Positions 28,029 through 40,400 of a stretch of DNA of 64,000 bases are shown in pieces (the stretch's first letter is position 1; each line of letters starts with the position of its first letter). The stretch covers positions 51,312-115,311 of IMG/VR virus record IMGVR_UViG_3300026534_000102; one strand, written 5' to 3'. Source of the stretch: a virus. The notes beneath the pieces were generated by a model. It did not search any database and had not been told where the DNA came from. It saw nothing but the letters and a program-made list of their open reading frames with translations. The position numbers and the translations under genes are program-made.

Positions 28029-31000
28029 TTATACTCCTATATCCCATTGTGCCAATAATGGAGCTGTTCTAGTTCTTACCCTCGAAATTAAATTTTTATC
28101 CGCAGTTAAATCACTTCTTACAAAAATAGAAATTTCTCCGCCCGCGGGAACCTGTTTAAAAACAAAAGGCAGTTCAGAGGAATCTACTTTATAAAAGGTT
28201 ACATTATCCTTTGATATTTCAATTAAATCTGATTCTACTAACGGTTGTATAATATTCCCAGAAAAATCAAACAAGTCTTTATAAAAGTCTTCTTTCGCAT
28301 ATCCAAAAACTTTAACCTCACCAATAACGGCAGAAATAGATTTAGGGTTTGGCTCATTCATAAATGCATTAGAAGAACCAGTTCCTCCTATAATAAGTGT
28401 AAAAAACTTATCATCCATATATTCCCAAGTATCTTTTAAATCAAAAATAGGGACACCATTTAGATATATTCTAATAGTAGTACCTCTGGGAGAAAGTGCT
28501 GTGCCATCATTAGAAAAAGACATAGCAAAATGCCAAGGAGAATCAACTGAAATTATGTCAGAATTAGTTATAATCAAAGAGACTTTTTTAAACGAATTAG
28601 TAGATGGGTTGCCATAGTAAATCAAAAACCCACCCTCAGATAAAGCACAACCTAAAGAATCCCCCTCAGTAGATGTCATTGAAAAAATGTTTCTTGGGTG
28701 CATTTCTCCGAACGAGTCCACCCCATCTAAAGTAGTATCTGGTCTAAGCCACATACTAATGGCTCCCGAAGAGAGACTAAGATTAGAAAGCTTAATAGAT
28801 ATGTTATCATTTTCAGATAAATATAATCCTGGTACTGCATCATGGAGGTAATCTTCAAACATATTACGGGCAATACTAAAACCATCTATTTCAAATTTTA
28901 TTGGCTTTGTATTATTCCCCTTAAAATGAGTTTCTATAAAAGAGAAATCAATATATTGAACCGCTCGCGGATCTTTATCACGAGAGCCATACTCTAAATC
29001 ATAATTAACATTATCGGCGCTTTTAAATCTTAAGAACATATCATTCCAACCTGTAGAAACCTGCCCAGAAATAGTCGTAAAGTACCACTCATAGTAAATT
29101 GGACTTCTAGAACTGGTTCCATCATAACCACCAAACACAAACTTACCGTAAGTCCAATCAACAGCACTATAATCTTCTATGTACCATCGAAACTTTAATG
29201 CATCTCTCCAAGAACATTTTTCGTCTACACCAAAATCATCGCCTTCTATAAATTTAACAGTTTCTTCTAAGTTAGATTTAGGATAATCTATTACTAAAGA
29301 TCTCGTACAATAATAATACGTGGAATCATAGGAATTAGATAAATTACTATACTTAGACGACCACCAATAGTAATAATCCACTGGGTTTTCCTTATACCAT
29401 CCTATAACTTTGAGATGCTTTAAATATCTTTTACCCGATAAATGATTTGTAGCATCTAAATTCTTTGTAACCACCCATTGTTCATAATTGGGAGCTTTTC
29501 CCCACCCAGTAAATGTTATTTTTTCTGGGTCAGATAAAACTGAATCTGAAAAAGAGTAGTTATCCTCAACACTTACCCAATCCATAGAAAGGTCTTCTTT
29601 CCAAGGCCCTACAACTTCTGGAAGATCGAAAGTATAAAATTGAGATTTCATATTAATGGCTACAATTGGAGTATCATCACTATTCAAAATAGAAAAACCA
29701 TAATATTCATAAACTTCTATTTCACGTAATGTAACTCCATTAAAAACTTCTAAATCGGTCGCAGACGTGGCCAACAGAGTTTGGCCCGGCTCTATTGCAT
29801 TTACTGTAAGGCGTAGCCATCTAGCTTTAACAGGTGTAGTCACCTCATGTGTACGTTCATATTCAGTATTTCCACTAACATCAAAAAAAGTTATATATTG
29901 GCCTTCATTTTCAGCTACTTCTATAGTATAGTCTACCATCATGTGTGCTGGTAAATCTGAAGCAGGATCTGGAGATTCCTGTGCACCATGATATAAAACA
30001 ACCTTATAAATATCATACACTTTACCAAAGTCTATTATAAAATATGGAGCAGGTATATCTCCATTCACTCCCCAACACTTTAGCAAATCAAATGTATGAT
30101 CCCCATCAGTGAGAAAAGAGGTAGACATTGGTCCAAAAGTAGGAGAAGACTCTATACTCGAAGAAGCTATGCCCAAAGCTATGTTATTATTTCCCAACGA
30201 ATATAATGTAGTAGCTGGCCCTATAGCTGTCCAACTATTATTATATCCTCCAGAGGGAGCAAGTTGTGTACTAATTTCAGTAAAAACATTAAGTCGTTCA
30301 ACAAGCCTCGAAACACCATCACCATTTAATAATGTTAACATTACCCATCTAGCATTCTTAGAATCAGAATAATAAGCAGCACACTGCGTAATTTCAAATT
30401 TATTTACAAACACACCTATAGCAGGATATCCTGGATCATTACTATTTAGCGCAAAAGAACATACCATTTTAGTACAATTATTATAAACCAGTTTATAAGT
30501 AGATAGTTCAGCCCACACATCTCCAACATTTTCTCTATAATAAAAACTAAAAACATCGCCTACTCGTTTTATTCTTATATTAGCTTTTATTGGAATTGAA
30601 CTATTATTACTGTATAATTCTTTTGAAGTTGAACTATTATCATTAATAGTTAATTTATAGCCTAAAACACCATAAAAAATACCAATATTAAATTCAAAAA
30701 ACAAAGAATCATTTAAAACATCTCTTACAGTAAAAACAAAGCTCCATGGTAAAGAAGTAAAGTCCTTGATTTCATACTCAAACCATGCATCAAAATCATT
30801 ATTAAACACATATTTGAACTCAGCAGAAGCGTTATCTTGATGCTGTGTCTCTCCATTGACTTTAAATAAAAGTCTATTGTCAAAAATATATACTGAGCTA
30901 TAATCAGTAGTGTTCACAGTCCACCATTTGGGTAAAGAATAATCCTGAGCACTAAATGTAGTATCTATATCAGTTTCATTTATGTATTCAAATGCCTTAT

Positions 31001-34000
31001 TAACATCATCAGTCTCTTTACTAGAATAAATGGTATTAGTAGTCAAAGATAAATCTGTTACGCCCGAGGCGCCAAAATTTCTTATAAATTCCAAAGAATA
31101 TCTTTTTTCCAAATCGATTGCTAACATAGAGAAGTACTGCTTACTATACAAAGATCCAGCAATATAATAACTATACTGACTTGGATAAATTAAATCTACA
31201 TCACAATAATGACCATAAATAGCGTTATCATTACTTGCATAAAAAGAAATTGTGTAAAGTCTTCCGTATCGATGTTCTACTCTTGGACCAGAATAGTATA
31301 TCCGTCTATGATAGCGCCCTTTATCTTTTTGATTATTTAAATCCGTTCTAGAAATTCTCACATTAGTTATATAACCAGAAAAATACTTACCTATTTCTAT
31401 ATCATTTAATCCCGTAATATTAATTACGGATGTTGTATTAATCATCTTATTGTTGAAACCACCAATACCTACGTAAGAACCATGATCATATTCGATTCTA
31501 TATCCTTTGTTCATTATTATGTTAGTCCATCTATGCGGTTTTATATACGATTCTGTATACGAACCATTGCCTATAACAGTATCATTATAAATTAGTTCCA
31601 AAGTAAATTTATATGGATCTCTGTGTTGTCTTTTAATTATTATAGCGTATTGGTTTTCTATGTCTGAAATACCAACATCTGTTTTTCTCTGCTGTATTAA
31701 AACGGAATAATCTCTATCTCCTCTAATTAAAAACTTAGTGTATTCATCTGGAATAAATTTTCCGGCCGGCGGAGTAAAAGACGAAGACCACCTTGCAAAA
31801 CCTTTTGTAAACCTAGCTTCTTCAATAATTCCAAAACACTGATCATTAACTGTATTATTATAAAGAGCACAACCAATATTTAAATCCTGATCATTAAAAT
31901 AATTAGATCCACCAACTACACTAAACTCTTCATAGTAGCCTAGAGACCCAGAAATCACAGTTGTATTTTTTTCATCCCCATCTATAAATAGATGTAAATT
32001 ACTCCCTGCTCTACTAACAGCTAAATGATAAGTAACACTACTATCAGGATTCAGCCAAGTACAATCAATTGTATTATTTCCGCTTTCAAAAACTAATTTA
32101 TGATTTATGGCATCATAATAGAAATGTAATGTGTTTTTTCTGTAAAAGAACGTAACTTTGGAGGTAATTGAAATAAATTTGAAATAACAATCAAATGTAA
32201 AATCTTCGGTTCTTAAATCAAACAGTCTTTTATTCTTAACAATGATATAGGCATCTGAATCAACAAACTTATACCCCCACCCAACATAACCTTCTTCTGG
32301 AGGCACCATATCTACTTTGTAACTTATTACCTTGTGACCCTCACTAGATACATCATAAACCCCTTTAGGTAAACTCGTAGGGCACATCCAAAAATCTATA
32401 GTCATTAATCGATTATCTATTCTATATTCTTCCTGTTTCGGGGCAGAAAGATAAGAAGAACCATCAAAATATGCTGTCCCATTACTTTCTGGTAAAATAT
32501 TAGTATTATAAGATAGTGCAGAACTAACTTCAAAATGGTATAATTTCCCTTTAACATAATTATTAGGTGGGGTGTGGTTATAAGAACTAGCTAAACCTAA
32601 TGAAACGCTTCCCCAAATACAAGAAGAAACTAAACTTCCTTCAAAAGCCAAGGCACTACCATCGAAATCATCGGTCCAAACCTTCAAAGAGTAGTTCTCA
32701 TATCCGTCATAAACCAGTTTAAAGTAATACTTAGTATTTAAAGCACAAACCCCCAAATTATTACTTTTACTAGAGCACCCAACATCATTTGGATTTATAA
32801 TCACTATCTTAGTAGAATTTGAAGATAATCTAACACAACATCCTAACATACCAGGAGTCGAATAATAATAACCACGATATCTGTCAACATCAATAAACCC
32901 GAATTCAACCCTACCGTTTTGATAATCCGTTACCTCTAAACAAACTTTTAATTCTATTTCGGGATTATTAGTAGTATCTAATCTAGTACCGCCCCAATAA
33001 AATTCTTTTTCTTCATCTACCTTCCTTACAATTCCAGTATGTACATTATCATAATCACTTCCTTCTATAGAAAAATCCAAGTATCCTGGATACTCATAAG
33101 TCCCACTAGTGACTGTCCCACTCGAAGAAACCCAATTAAAATAAGTTAAATGTTGGAGAGAGTAATAACTCTGATTTTCATACTCGCGTGCTTCCCATTC
33201 TGAAACTGATGACCAACTACCCAAATCTAATAAATAACTACCTGAAATAGAAGTAAATTTAGATTCTATTGGTACAACACCATGCGTATTTACAGTATTT
33301 TCATAATAACTATAATCAAAAAACCTATTAGTTACTTTGTCTTCCAACAAATAAAAGGTAGTATATCTATCAACACCACAATATCGATCTATAGCAGGAT
33401 TATCAGCATCATCAATCATTTCTACCCAGTCGGGTTTAAAATCGTGATAAACAACCAATTTGTCTATAGATTTAGGACTACCTAAATCTATAGTTATATA
33501 CTGCTCATCTTTGACAGTGTAGTAACTTCCACTAGTAGAATGATCATTTAAATGGGGGGCGGTATTGATAGCAGAACTGTTAAAAACATCCATATTTTTA
33601 TTATGATAAAAAACCGCACCAGTTAGTTCTTCATCCTTGTAATAAGGTTTTATTTCTCTTATATTCCAGCTATTATATTTACATTTAAATGCCAACCTCC
33701 AATATCTGTTCCTACTAATAACAGGTATATTAATAATACTATAGGCCCCATTTGGAATATTGGAAAAATGCATGTAATCTGTTTCAATTTTTTTTCCATA
33801 ATTAAATTCAAACCAGTACTCCCCATTATCATAAGAGTAATAAGCTAATTTACCAATAATAGAATTATCCAACGTGAAACAATCACAATTTATCGCAATG
33901 TTTTTATTATCATTCCTTATAGGATATGAAGGTGACTTAGAAACAACGGGCGCAGGCCCTTTCTCAGCCCTACTCAAGGACTGGTACCCATCAAATTTAT

Positions 34001-37000
34001 CATAAAACGAAAGGGAATTAACATTTTCAACCGATTTCAAAACATCAACATATAGGTCATAAGGTTTCCCATAAATGTTTTTAAAAACAACCTCATTGAT
34101 TTGACCTTGTCTTCCAATCCCATTTGTACCAAGCACAACTAAATCCTTGCATTTTGGATTTTCTACGTATAAGTCATCTTCATTTATATTGAGCAAAATA
34201 TCTCGGAGTTTAATTGCCGTTATAGGATTAAATTCTATTGTGAAATAACGTGGGGTATCCCCAACCATAGCTTGAGCAGTTTCATTATCTAGTTCAGATA
34301 GTTCTAGAGGTATCCAATAATCTTTATATAAAGAGTAATTGATAAAAAGTCCACCAACAAAAGTGGAACCAAGATTTGGAGCAAAACCATAAAGCTCCAT
34401 CTCTAAAACTTTAGTGGAATAATGAAAATCAGTATAAATTCTAAACCCTTTGGCTTCTAAAGGCTCCCACTCATGCTGCAACAATTTCCAATCAAGGGCA
34501 ATCGCTTGATGCGCGGCCATGTTATTAGTTATATTAAACTCAGCATTATAAGTAGGATGTCCAGGTAAAGTGGAATCCCCAGGTATATACCACCCTGGAC
34601 CAGAAACATACTCTAATTGTGGTTTTCCTATAGTGGGGTTAGAAAAAAGATAATCTTTTACTGCGTCATACCTATCACTTCCTTTTTCATACCTTGTATT
34701 ATCCAAAGTTACAGCGGTGTATTCAGGAATTAAATTATAATGAGGATTATCTGCGTTCCCAGAAATATAGTAATCATCTACATAATAAGATAAAGCAAAG
34801 TTTTTAAAGTTGTTTTCTTCTTTAAAATAAATTTTTGATTTAAATATTTTCTTATTACGATTTAAAGGGAATCGGGTGTAAAAAGCCACAGGGTCACTTT
34901 CAAAATCTATAACTCTTTCATTAGTAAACCAGGGGTATTCGAAATAATGTCTCCCAATCCATTCATGATCACCATTTACCCAAAAATAATAGGGATTGTT
35001 TGGAATTACTCCAGTATCAGCATAAGATGCCCAGGAATCAGCCGCCTTACCTCCCTGGACCTTGTAAATCCCATCATTTAGTCTATTAACTCCATAAGCT
35101 ATATTCGGGACAGTAAAAAAATGCCAAAGACCCTGAAGAATATCATAATAAGCTGTTGTATGATTTAAACCAAATACATCAACATTCCAATTTATATCAA
35201 CACAGCGCATTAAATTATATTCCAAAGAAAGGGGTTTGGAAGACCCCGTAACTATTAAATCACTTATATTTATCCTGTGATTTAAATCTACATCAAGTCG
35301 AAGGCGTGTTTGTTTCTCTGAACTTCGAGCATATAATAATAAACCATCTACACCATCACCATGAATTGATCCAGGATAAATTCTATCCCCTACAAATACT
35401 TCTTCTGGGAATTCATAATATAGAGCGTTTGTATGAACGGCGTCACCCTGCGGACCTTTATATAGCTTAATATTATAGATTCCTAGCAAGTCACCTTTAT
35501 TTACGAAAATATCGCAATCTACATCTATCGACATTTGATATCTGTCATATAGTGTATGTATTGGGTCGGTCTTATCTTCAATAGGAATTGTTTCCACACA
35601 AACCAAACTTCCATCAATCTGTGGTCTAAAAATTAAAAACTTACTTCCTTTTGCCGTTATTCTACCCGCATCGCTTTCTTCACTAATAAGCCACCCGCCA
35701 TACAGGTCAGTTCTCACGCTTTGATAACCTATATCTGGAGTACCTAAAGCATGAATCTCTTTAATTCTACCAGTAGCATTAAATGGATGACAATAATCAA
35801 TAATAACTTTACCAAACCCATCAAGCATATTATAATTAGGATAAGATTGTTGTCTGTAGTCAGGGTCCATGGTGAAAAAAAGTTCGTCTTGACTACCCCC
35901 TGTCCCACAGGTATCCCAGTCTTTTCTACCAGCCTCAACATTATAAAGGTGTGGATCAAAATTTATAGATGTTGAATCATTAGCATCAAAAAGTCTTTGA
36001 ATACCATAAGTTCCTAATCTATAAGAAGATAAAAATTCAGATAAATCAGCGGGGTCTGTTCCAGAAGTAGTTGTAAAGAGAGCATTTCCTGAAGCATCAT
36101 AAAACCCCAATTCTACTGCCGCTGGAGAAAAATCTACAAGTACAGAACTCGCAGCTCTATTCGTTCCAGATATAATTTCAAATCTATTATCTTCAGTAAA
36201 ATTAACTTCGGCAGCCTCGTAACCTCCTAACGAAATCAAAGAAAGACTACGCTCAACTAATCGTGCAACCTCATGACCTGTGTAGTTTATAAACTCGCCT
36301 AATAAAACATGTTCAAACCCATAACCATCAATGTTTACCAATAAATCACTATCATTAGTACCTGACACAGTAAACATAGTTTTATTATTATAACCAGAAA
36401 TACATTTTCCTCTTAACCCAACCCCCTGACAGGGGTGTGAATAGTTCCCAGTTCTAAAATATTCACAATTAGGTTTATCACAATTAAATTTGTCAATGGA
36501 TTTTACCTGTATAGACCTAATAAAAAACTCATCACCATCTCGACCATCTTGATAAATAGGATAAACTCTTAAATCATAAACATCACCTTGCCAATATTGT
36601 GCCTCTGCTACTGAAATAGTATAAGTGTGCCATTTACTATCAGGGTAAATTTCAAATAAAGTCGATTTCTTTTCATCCCAATGTGGATCTGCTAACGTTC
36701 TCCACATCAACTTACCTTTAGAAGGTAAATTTTGGCCGGCGGCGCGGTCAATAACATTAAGTTCCATAGATATTGTAACTATAAAATAATCTTCTGCTGA
36801 AAAAGGCTGAAAAGGATGGTCTCTTCCTATTACTGCAAAATCCCCATACAAGGTAGCAAAAATAAAATCGTTCCAGCAACCATAAGTATGAATACCATCA
36901 TAGTACAACCATCCATCTACATCACCATTCCTACTAAAATCAGTAGTAAAAGCTACATTAGAATCATGCACGCATAAATAAGATTGACGCACAACAACAT

Positions 37001-37025
37001 CGCTATTAGTATATGCATTACTCAA
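28029..37025 (-). CDS. Giant (2998 aa) multidomain virion/tail protein with discoidin and LamG-like domains
   Basis: ITIDLGSPKSIDKL and IIDFGKVYDIYKV (discoidin); YHLAVSRAGSNLHLFIDG...GIIEEARFTKGFARWSSSFTPP and GAISMWLRP...IYLNG (LamG); TTG start behind GGAG. Confidence 0.72.
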   Translation of the reverse strand: MSNAYTNSDVVVRQSYLCVHDSNVAFTTDFSRNGDVDGWLYYDGIHTYGCWNDFIFATLYGDFAVIGRDHPFQPFSAEDYFIVTISMELNVIDRAAGQNLPSKGKLMWRTLADPHWDEKKSTLFEIYPDSKWHTYTISVAEAQYWQGDVYDLRVYPIYQDGRDGDEFFIRSIQVKSIDKFNCDKPNCEYFRTGNYSHPCQGVGLRGKCISGYNNKTMFTVSGTNDSDLLVNIDGYGFEHVLLGEFINYTGHEVARLVERSLSLISLGGYEAAEVNFTEDNRFEIISGTNRAASSVLVDFSPAAVELGFYDASGNALFTTTSGTDPADLSEFLSSYRLGTYGIQRLFDANDSTSINFDPHLYNVEAGRKDWDTCGTGGSQDELFFTMDPDYRQQSYPNYNMLDGFGKVIIDYCHPFNATGRIKEIHALGTPDIGYQSVRTDLYGGWLISEESDAGRITAKGSKFLIFRPQIDGSLVCVETIPIEDKTDPIHTLYDRYQMSIDVDCDIFVNKGDLLGIYNIKLYKGPQGDAVHTNALYYEFPEEVFVGDRIYPGSIHGDGVDGLLLYARSSEKQTRLRLDVDLNHRINISDLIVTGSSKPLSLEYNLMRCVDINWNVDVFGLNHTTAYYDILQGLWHFFTVPNIAYGVNRLNDGIYKVQGGKAADSWASYADTGVIPNNPYYFWVNGDHEWIGRHYFEYPWFTNERVIDFESDPVAFYTRFPLNRNKKIFKSKIYFKEENNFKNFALSYYVDDYYISGNADNPHYNLIPEYTAVTLDNTRYEKGSDRYDAVKDYLFSNPTIGKPQLEYVSGPGWYIPGDSTLPGHPTYNAEFNITNNMAAHQAIALDWKLLQHEWEPLEAKGFRIYTDFHYSTKVLEMELYGFAPNLGSTFVGGLFINYSLYKDYWIPLELSELDNETAQAMVGDTPRYFTIEFNPITAIKLRDILLNINEDDLYVENPKCKDLVVLGTNGIGRQGQINEVVFKNIYGKPYDLYVDVLKSVENVNSLSFYDKFDGYQSLSRAEKGPAPVVSKSPSYPIRNDNKNIAINCDCFTLDNSIIGKLAYYSYDNGEYWFEFNYGKKIETDYMHFSNIPNGAYSIINIPVISRNRYWRLAFKCKYNSWNIREIKPYYKDEELTGAVFYHNKNMDVFNSSAINTAPHLNDHSTSGSYYTVKDEQYITIDLGSPKSIDKLVVYHDFKPDWVEMIDDADNPAIDRYCGVDRYTTFYLLEDKVTNRFFDYSYYENTVNTHGVVPIESKFTSISGSYLLDLGSWSSVSEWEAREYENQSYYSLQHLTYFNWVSSSGTVTSGTYEYPGYLDFSIEGSDYDNVHTGIVRKVDEEKEFYWGGTRLDTTNNPEIELKVCLEVTDYQNGRVEFGFIDVDRYRGYYYSTPGMLGCCVRLSSNSTKIVIINPNDVGCSSKSNNLGVCALNTKYYFKLVYDGYENYSLKVWTDDFDGSALAFEGSLVSSCIWGSVSLGLASSYNHTPPNNYVKGKLYHFEVSSALSYNTNILPESNGTAYFDGSSYLSAPKQEEYRIDNRLMTIDFWMCPTSLPKGVYDVSSEGHKVISYKVDMVPPEEGYVGWGYKFVDSDAYIIVKNKRLFDLRTEDFTFDCYFKFISITSKVTFFYRKNTLHFYYDAINHKLVFESGNNTIDCTWLNPDSSVTYHLAVSRAGSNLHLFIDGDEKNTTVISGSLGYYEEFSVVGGSNYFNDQDLNIGCALYNNTVNDQCFGIIEEARFTKGFARWSSSFTPPAGKFIPDEYTKFLIRGDRDYSVLIQQRKTDVGISDIENQYAIIIKRQHRDPYKFTLELIYNDTVIGNGSYTESYIKPHRWTNIIMNKGYRIEYDHGSYVGIGGFNNKMINTTSVINITGLNDIEIGKYFSGYITNVRISRTDLNNQKDKGRYHRRIYYSGPRVEHRYGRLYTISFYASNDNAIYGHYCDVDLIYPSQYSYYIAGSLYSKQYFSMLAIDLEKRYSLEFIRNFGASGVTDLSLTTNTIYSSKETDDVNKAFEYINETDIDTTFSAQDYSLPKWWTVNTTDYSSVYIFDNRLLFKVNGETQHQDNASAEFKYVFNNDFDAWFEYEIKDFTSLPWSFVFTVRDVLNDSLFFEFNIGIFYGVLGYKLTINDNSSTSKELYSNNSSIPIKANIRIKRVGDVFSFYYRENVGDVWAELSTYKLVYNNCTKMVCSFALNSNDPGYPAIGVFVNKFEITQCAAYYSDSKNARWVMLTLLNGDGVSRLVERLNVFTEISTQLAPSGGYNNSWTAIGPATTLYSLGNNNIALGIASSSIESSPTFGPMSTSFLTDGDHTFDLLKCWGVNGDIPAPYFIIDFGKVYDIYKVVLYHGAQESPDPASDLPAHMMVDYTIEVAENEGQYITFFDVSGNTEYERTHEVTTPVKARWLRLTVNAIEPGQTLLATSATDLEVFNGVTLREIEVYEYYGFSILNSDDTPIVAINMKSQFYTFDLPEVVGPWKEDLSMDWVSVEDNYSFSDSVLSDPEKITFTGWGKAPNYEQWVVTKNLDATNHLSGKRYLKHLKVIGWYKENPVDYYYWWSSKYSNLSNSYDSTYYYCTRSLVIDYPKSNLEETVKFIEGDDFGVDEKCSWRDALKFRWYIEDYSAVDWTYGKFVFGGYDGTSSRSPIYYEWYFTTISGQVSTGWNDMFLRFKSADNVNYDLEYGSRDKDPRAVQYIDFSFIETHFKGNNTKPIKFEIDGFSIARNMFEDYLHDAVPGLYLSENDNISIKLSNLSLSSGAISMWLRPDTTLDGVDSFGEMHPRNIFSMTSTEGDSLGCALSEGGFLIYYGNPSTNSFKKVSLIITNSDIISVDSPWHFAMSFSNDGTALSPRGTTIRIYLNGVPIFDLKDTWEYMDDKFFTLIIGGTGSSNAFMNEPNPKSISAVIGEVKVFGYAKEDFYKDLFDFSGNIIQPLVESDLIEISKDNVTFYKVDSSELPFVFKQVPAGGEISIFVRSDLTADKNLISRVRTRTAPLLAQWDIGV

Positions 37026-37413
37026 TCGGGAACTCCTTTATCTCACAATTTTTAAATACATTATAAGAACAACTACCTTTACCGTCTTGACCAGAACACT
37101 TACCGCAATATATTAGATAAGCAGGTCGATGTTTAAAGCTTTCTTTTACAAGTTTTATTTGAACTATATTTTTTAGTAATTTATCTACTATGACCTTATG
37201 TCTTTTTTTCAAAACCTCTTCATCAGTATATCTAAATAATTTTTCACAAGACGTGCATTTATAAATCATGTAACTATTTAAAAGTTGATTTAAAATATCA
37301 GTAAATTTCAGTGCGGTATCAATGTTTTCATATAAGTATGCTTCTATTGTTTCTACAGAATCCAGTTGCAATGGGCTCTTGCACACTTCGCATTCCAAAT
37401 ACTCTATAGCCAT
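37018..37413 (-). CDS. Cys-rich metal-binding protein
   Basis: CEVC, CTSC, CGKC...C...C. Confidence 0.65.
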   Translation of the reverse strand: MAIEYLECEVCKSPLQLDSVETIEAYLYENIDTALKFTDILNQLLNSYMIYKCTSCEKLFRYTDEEVLKKRHKVIVDKLLKNIVQIKLVKESFKHRPAYLIYCGKCSGQDGKGSCSYNVFKNCEIKEFPIE

Positions 37414-37430
37414 AAAAACACCCCTTTAAT

Positions 37431-40400
37431 TTAATATTTATGTGGTTTAGAAGCAGGAATAATACCATGAGAAGCTATAACATTTCCAACCTGATCTGAG
37501 TCATACGGTAAATTTCCTAGCAATTCATTAACAGCAAACTCATATTTAACCTTTCCCCAACTTAGTGAGTCTGCTGGAGTCATAAAATCAACTGCCATAA
37601 ACTCTCTATGATTAATATGAGCTAATAAGGGGGATTGTATATCTCGAATAACAGGAGGATTCACCATGCAATTTACTCGATCAACAACACTATCCCATCC
37701 CCATCTATGACCGCCGGGGCGCCAATGAGGATAAACCTTATACGCATTATGATATGCTTTATAGTCATCCCACCTATAAACAGGACCTTTAAACTCCGCA
37801 GATAAAAAATTAATACTAACTGGATTACCAGTTTTATTTAAACCACCCAAAAAACTTTCAAAATAAGGAGGAACAACAGAAGAAAAATTAAGAACATCAG
37901 CTTGAGCTAAATCTAATTGCCATGCTTTAATATATTCTTTATGTTGGTCATCTTTTTCAACTTTAGTAAGTGTACTAATAGAAATAGACAAAGGCGTTTT
38001 ACCTAACAATTTAAAGAATTCACTCGCCCAACAACCACGCAATTTATTCATTGATTGATAACCAGATTCAAAAAAAGGTTGTTCATAAGGAAAATGTGGG
38101 GCGCCAGAGCCCCAACGAGGTAATAACACACCATCTTTATGGTCTGGATTAGCATCTGGACCAGGATTCGTAAACGTAGATGTATAATATTTTCTTTCCC
38201 AAACCTTAATTTCATCTTCTATGTTTTTATATTGATCAGCAAAAGAAAGTTTGGGGAGATCAATTGAACATATATCATCTATAATTTCAATATTCAAACT
38301 AATGGTTGAAGCGCGCCAGTTAATTAAAGTATAAGGTGTTATCACATTTTTCAAATTTAATGTATAATTTTCTAAATAACTAATTTTTTCAGCTCTTGCA
38401 GATTTTCCAGCATAACCTTTTAATTCAATATTTTTTCCTTCTGGGGTTTCAATAGTAATAGTAATTTTTGGAATACCCACATATAATTCATCAGAAGCTA
38501 AATACCCCCAAATTCCTTCAACAACTAAACTTTCCAAAGACAGCTCATCACTAGTAATAAACATTTCAGACACTACAACAGAAAAATCAGATGTTTTTCT
38601 CCATGTATATTCTTTTAATGACCGCCCTATATTTGATAAAGGTAAGTCCCCAGTAAATAAAGAATTTTTAATAGAATATTCAAACCCTAGAATATCTCGT
38701 TTAGACATCTTCACAATGAGGCCCCTATTAAACACCGATTTAGTCTCCTCGCCTGTAAACATATCAACACCAATCACCCTAGATTTTCCATCATTTTCAG
38801 CTTCTTCTGGAGTACTACTAAAGGATGCGTCAAATAAGGTGTTTTCATCATGATCAAATTTACTATTACTATTAACTTCAGAATAAACCTTATGCTTTTT
38901 ATCATAATCATCTAACCACACAAGAGGTGTATCATTATATTCAGATAAATTTTCATATACGAATTCAAACATTCTTGGTGGTCCCGATCCAAGTTGTAAA
39001 GTTGGTGGATAGTTATCCACATATTTGCTACCTTCTCTTACGGGTGCTTTAAAAGATATTGTAGTCTTTCCTTCATCCGTTATGTACCGATATTCTTTTT
39101 TATATATATCATATGCATAACTTGGAGGAATTAAATGTACATTTTGCAAATTTTCACCGCGCTCAATTGGCAGCCAATACTCTCTCCATGCCCAAGCAAA
39201 ATTAGACTCTTTAAACGTATAACCAATAGCAGAAGTTCCTACAGGAGTAAATATAAGAGGTTTAGGATACGCACCATGTACAAATCTTCTAATTTCAAAC
39301 ACCTCTTCCCACCGTAATCTATGTTTGTAATCTATTTTTTCAGAAATAGCCCCACACAAAAGATAATTTAAAGGTTCACTAAAGCTCACTGGATCTGAAG
39401 CATTCGTATCCGACCATTCGTCAAACGCATTAAAAGAAACATGAAACATACTATTGTCTGCTACCATAGGTGCCCAAGCAGACCTAAAATCATTATCAAC
39501 TCTATATACTACATAATCCTTACATAACGCTCTATCTACAAAATTTCGTGAAAAATTACCAAACGGTGGTAAACGCCATTTATTAGCAACATACTCAGCC
39601 TCATTGACAGAATTTACAAGATTGGCATAACCACCAAATGACTCGTCTTTAAAATTAGCATACAAATAGTAACAAGAAACACCACAGGTACTTGCCCAAT
39701 TACCCCGTGGCATGTCGCCCCACGTTTTTTCCCGTACAACTCCACAAAACCTCATATCATTTCTGGGAGTACCTTCATATGGCGACGCACAATAAGCACA
39801 CATAGACCATTCTTGATAAATAGCTTTATTATCACAGGCAGCATGGGGATACCACATAGGCCCTTCGGCAGAAGCGGCTGAAGTCAAATGATCTCCACAA
39901 GGAGCATGAAAATAAACAGACCTTTGTACTCCAGTAGGGGAGTAACCACCTCCTGGTGCTAACGCCCATCCATGACTAGGATTTAATTCTTGCAAAGGAG
40001 CTGTAGCTCTATAAGCATGATTAACTTCGACAGACCTAAAAAAAATGGTTCCAGCATATGTATACAACTTTGCAGCATCAGCCGTAACAAACTTACCATC
40101 TGGCGCTTTTCCAAAACCCACTACCCCTACTGGCCCTGTTTTAAATTTAGAAATCTTAAATTCATTACCAAGGTCCTCAAATTTAAAGGGAATCGCCACA
40201 TTTTGATATGTATGAACAAACCCTGAATCATTTTTATTATAACCCACACGAGGTGCCGTAACTTCACCAACATCGCCTCTATAATTATCCAAAACAGCAT
40301 AAGAAGTGTCTTGCGGTAAATCAGTTTCTGGTCTCTGTGGATTTGCTTCAAATTTGTATGTCCAAATTGTAAAATCGAGTGTCCATTTTAATTTGGAATA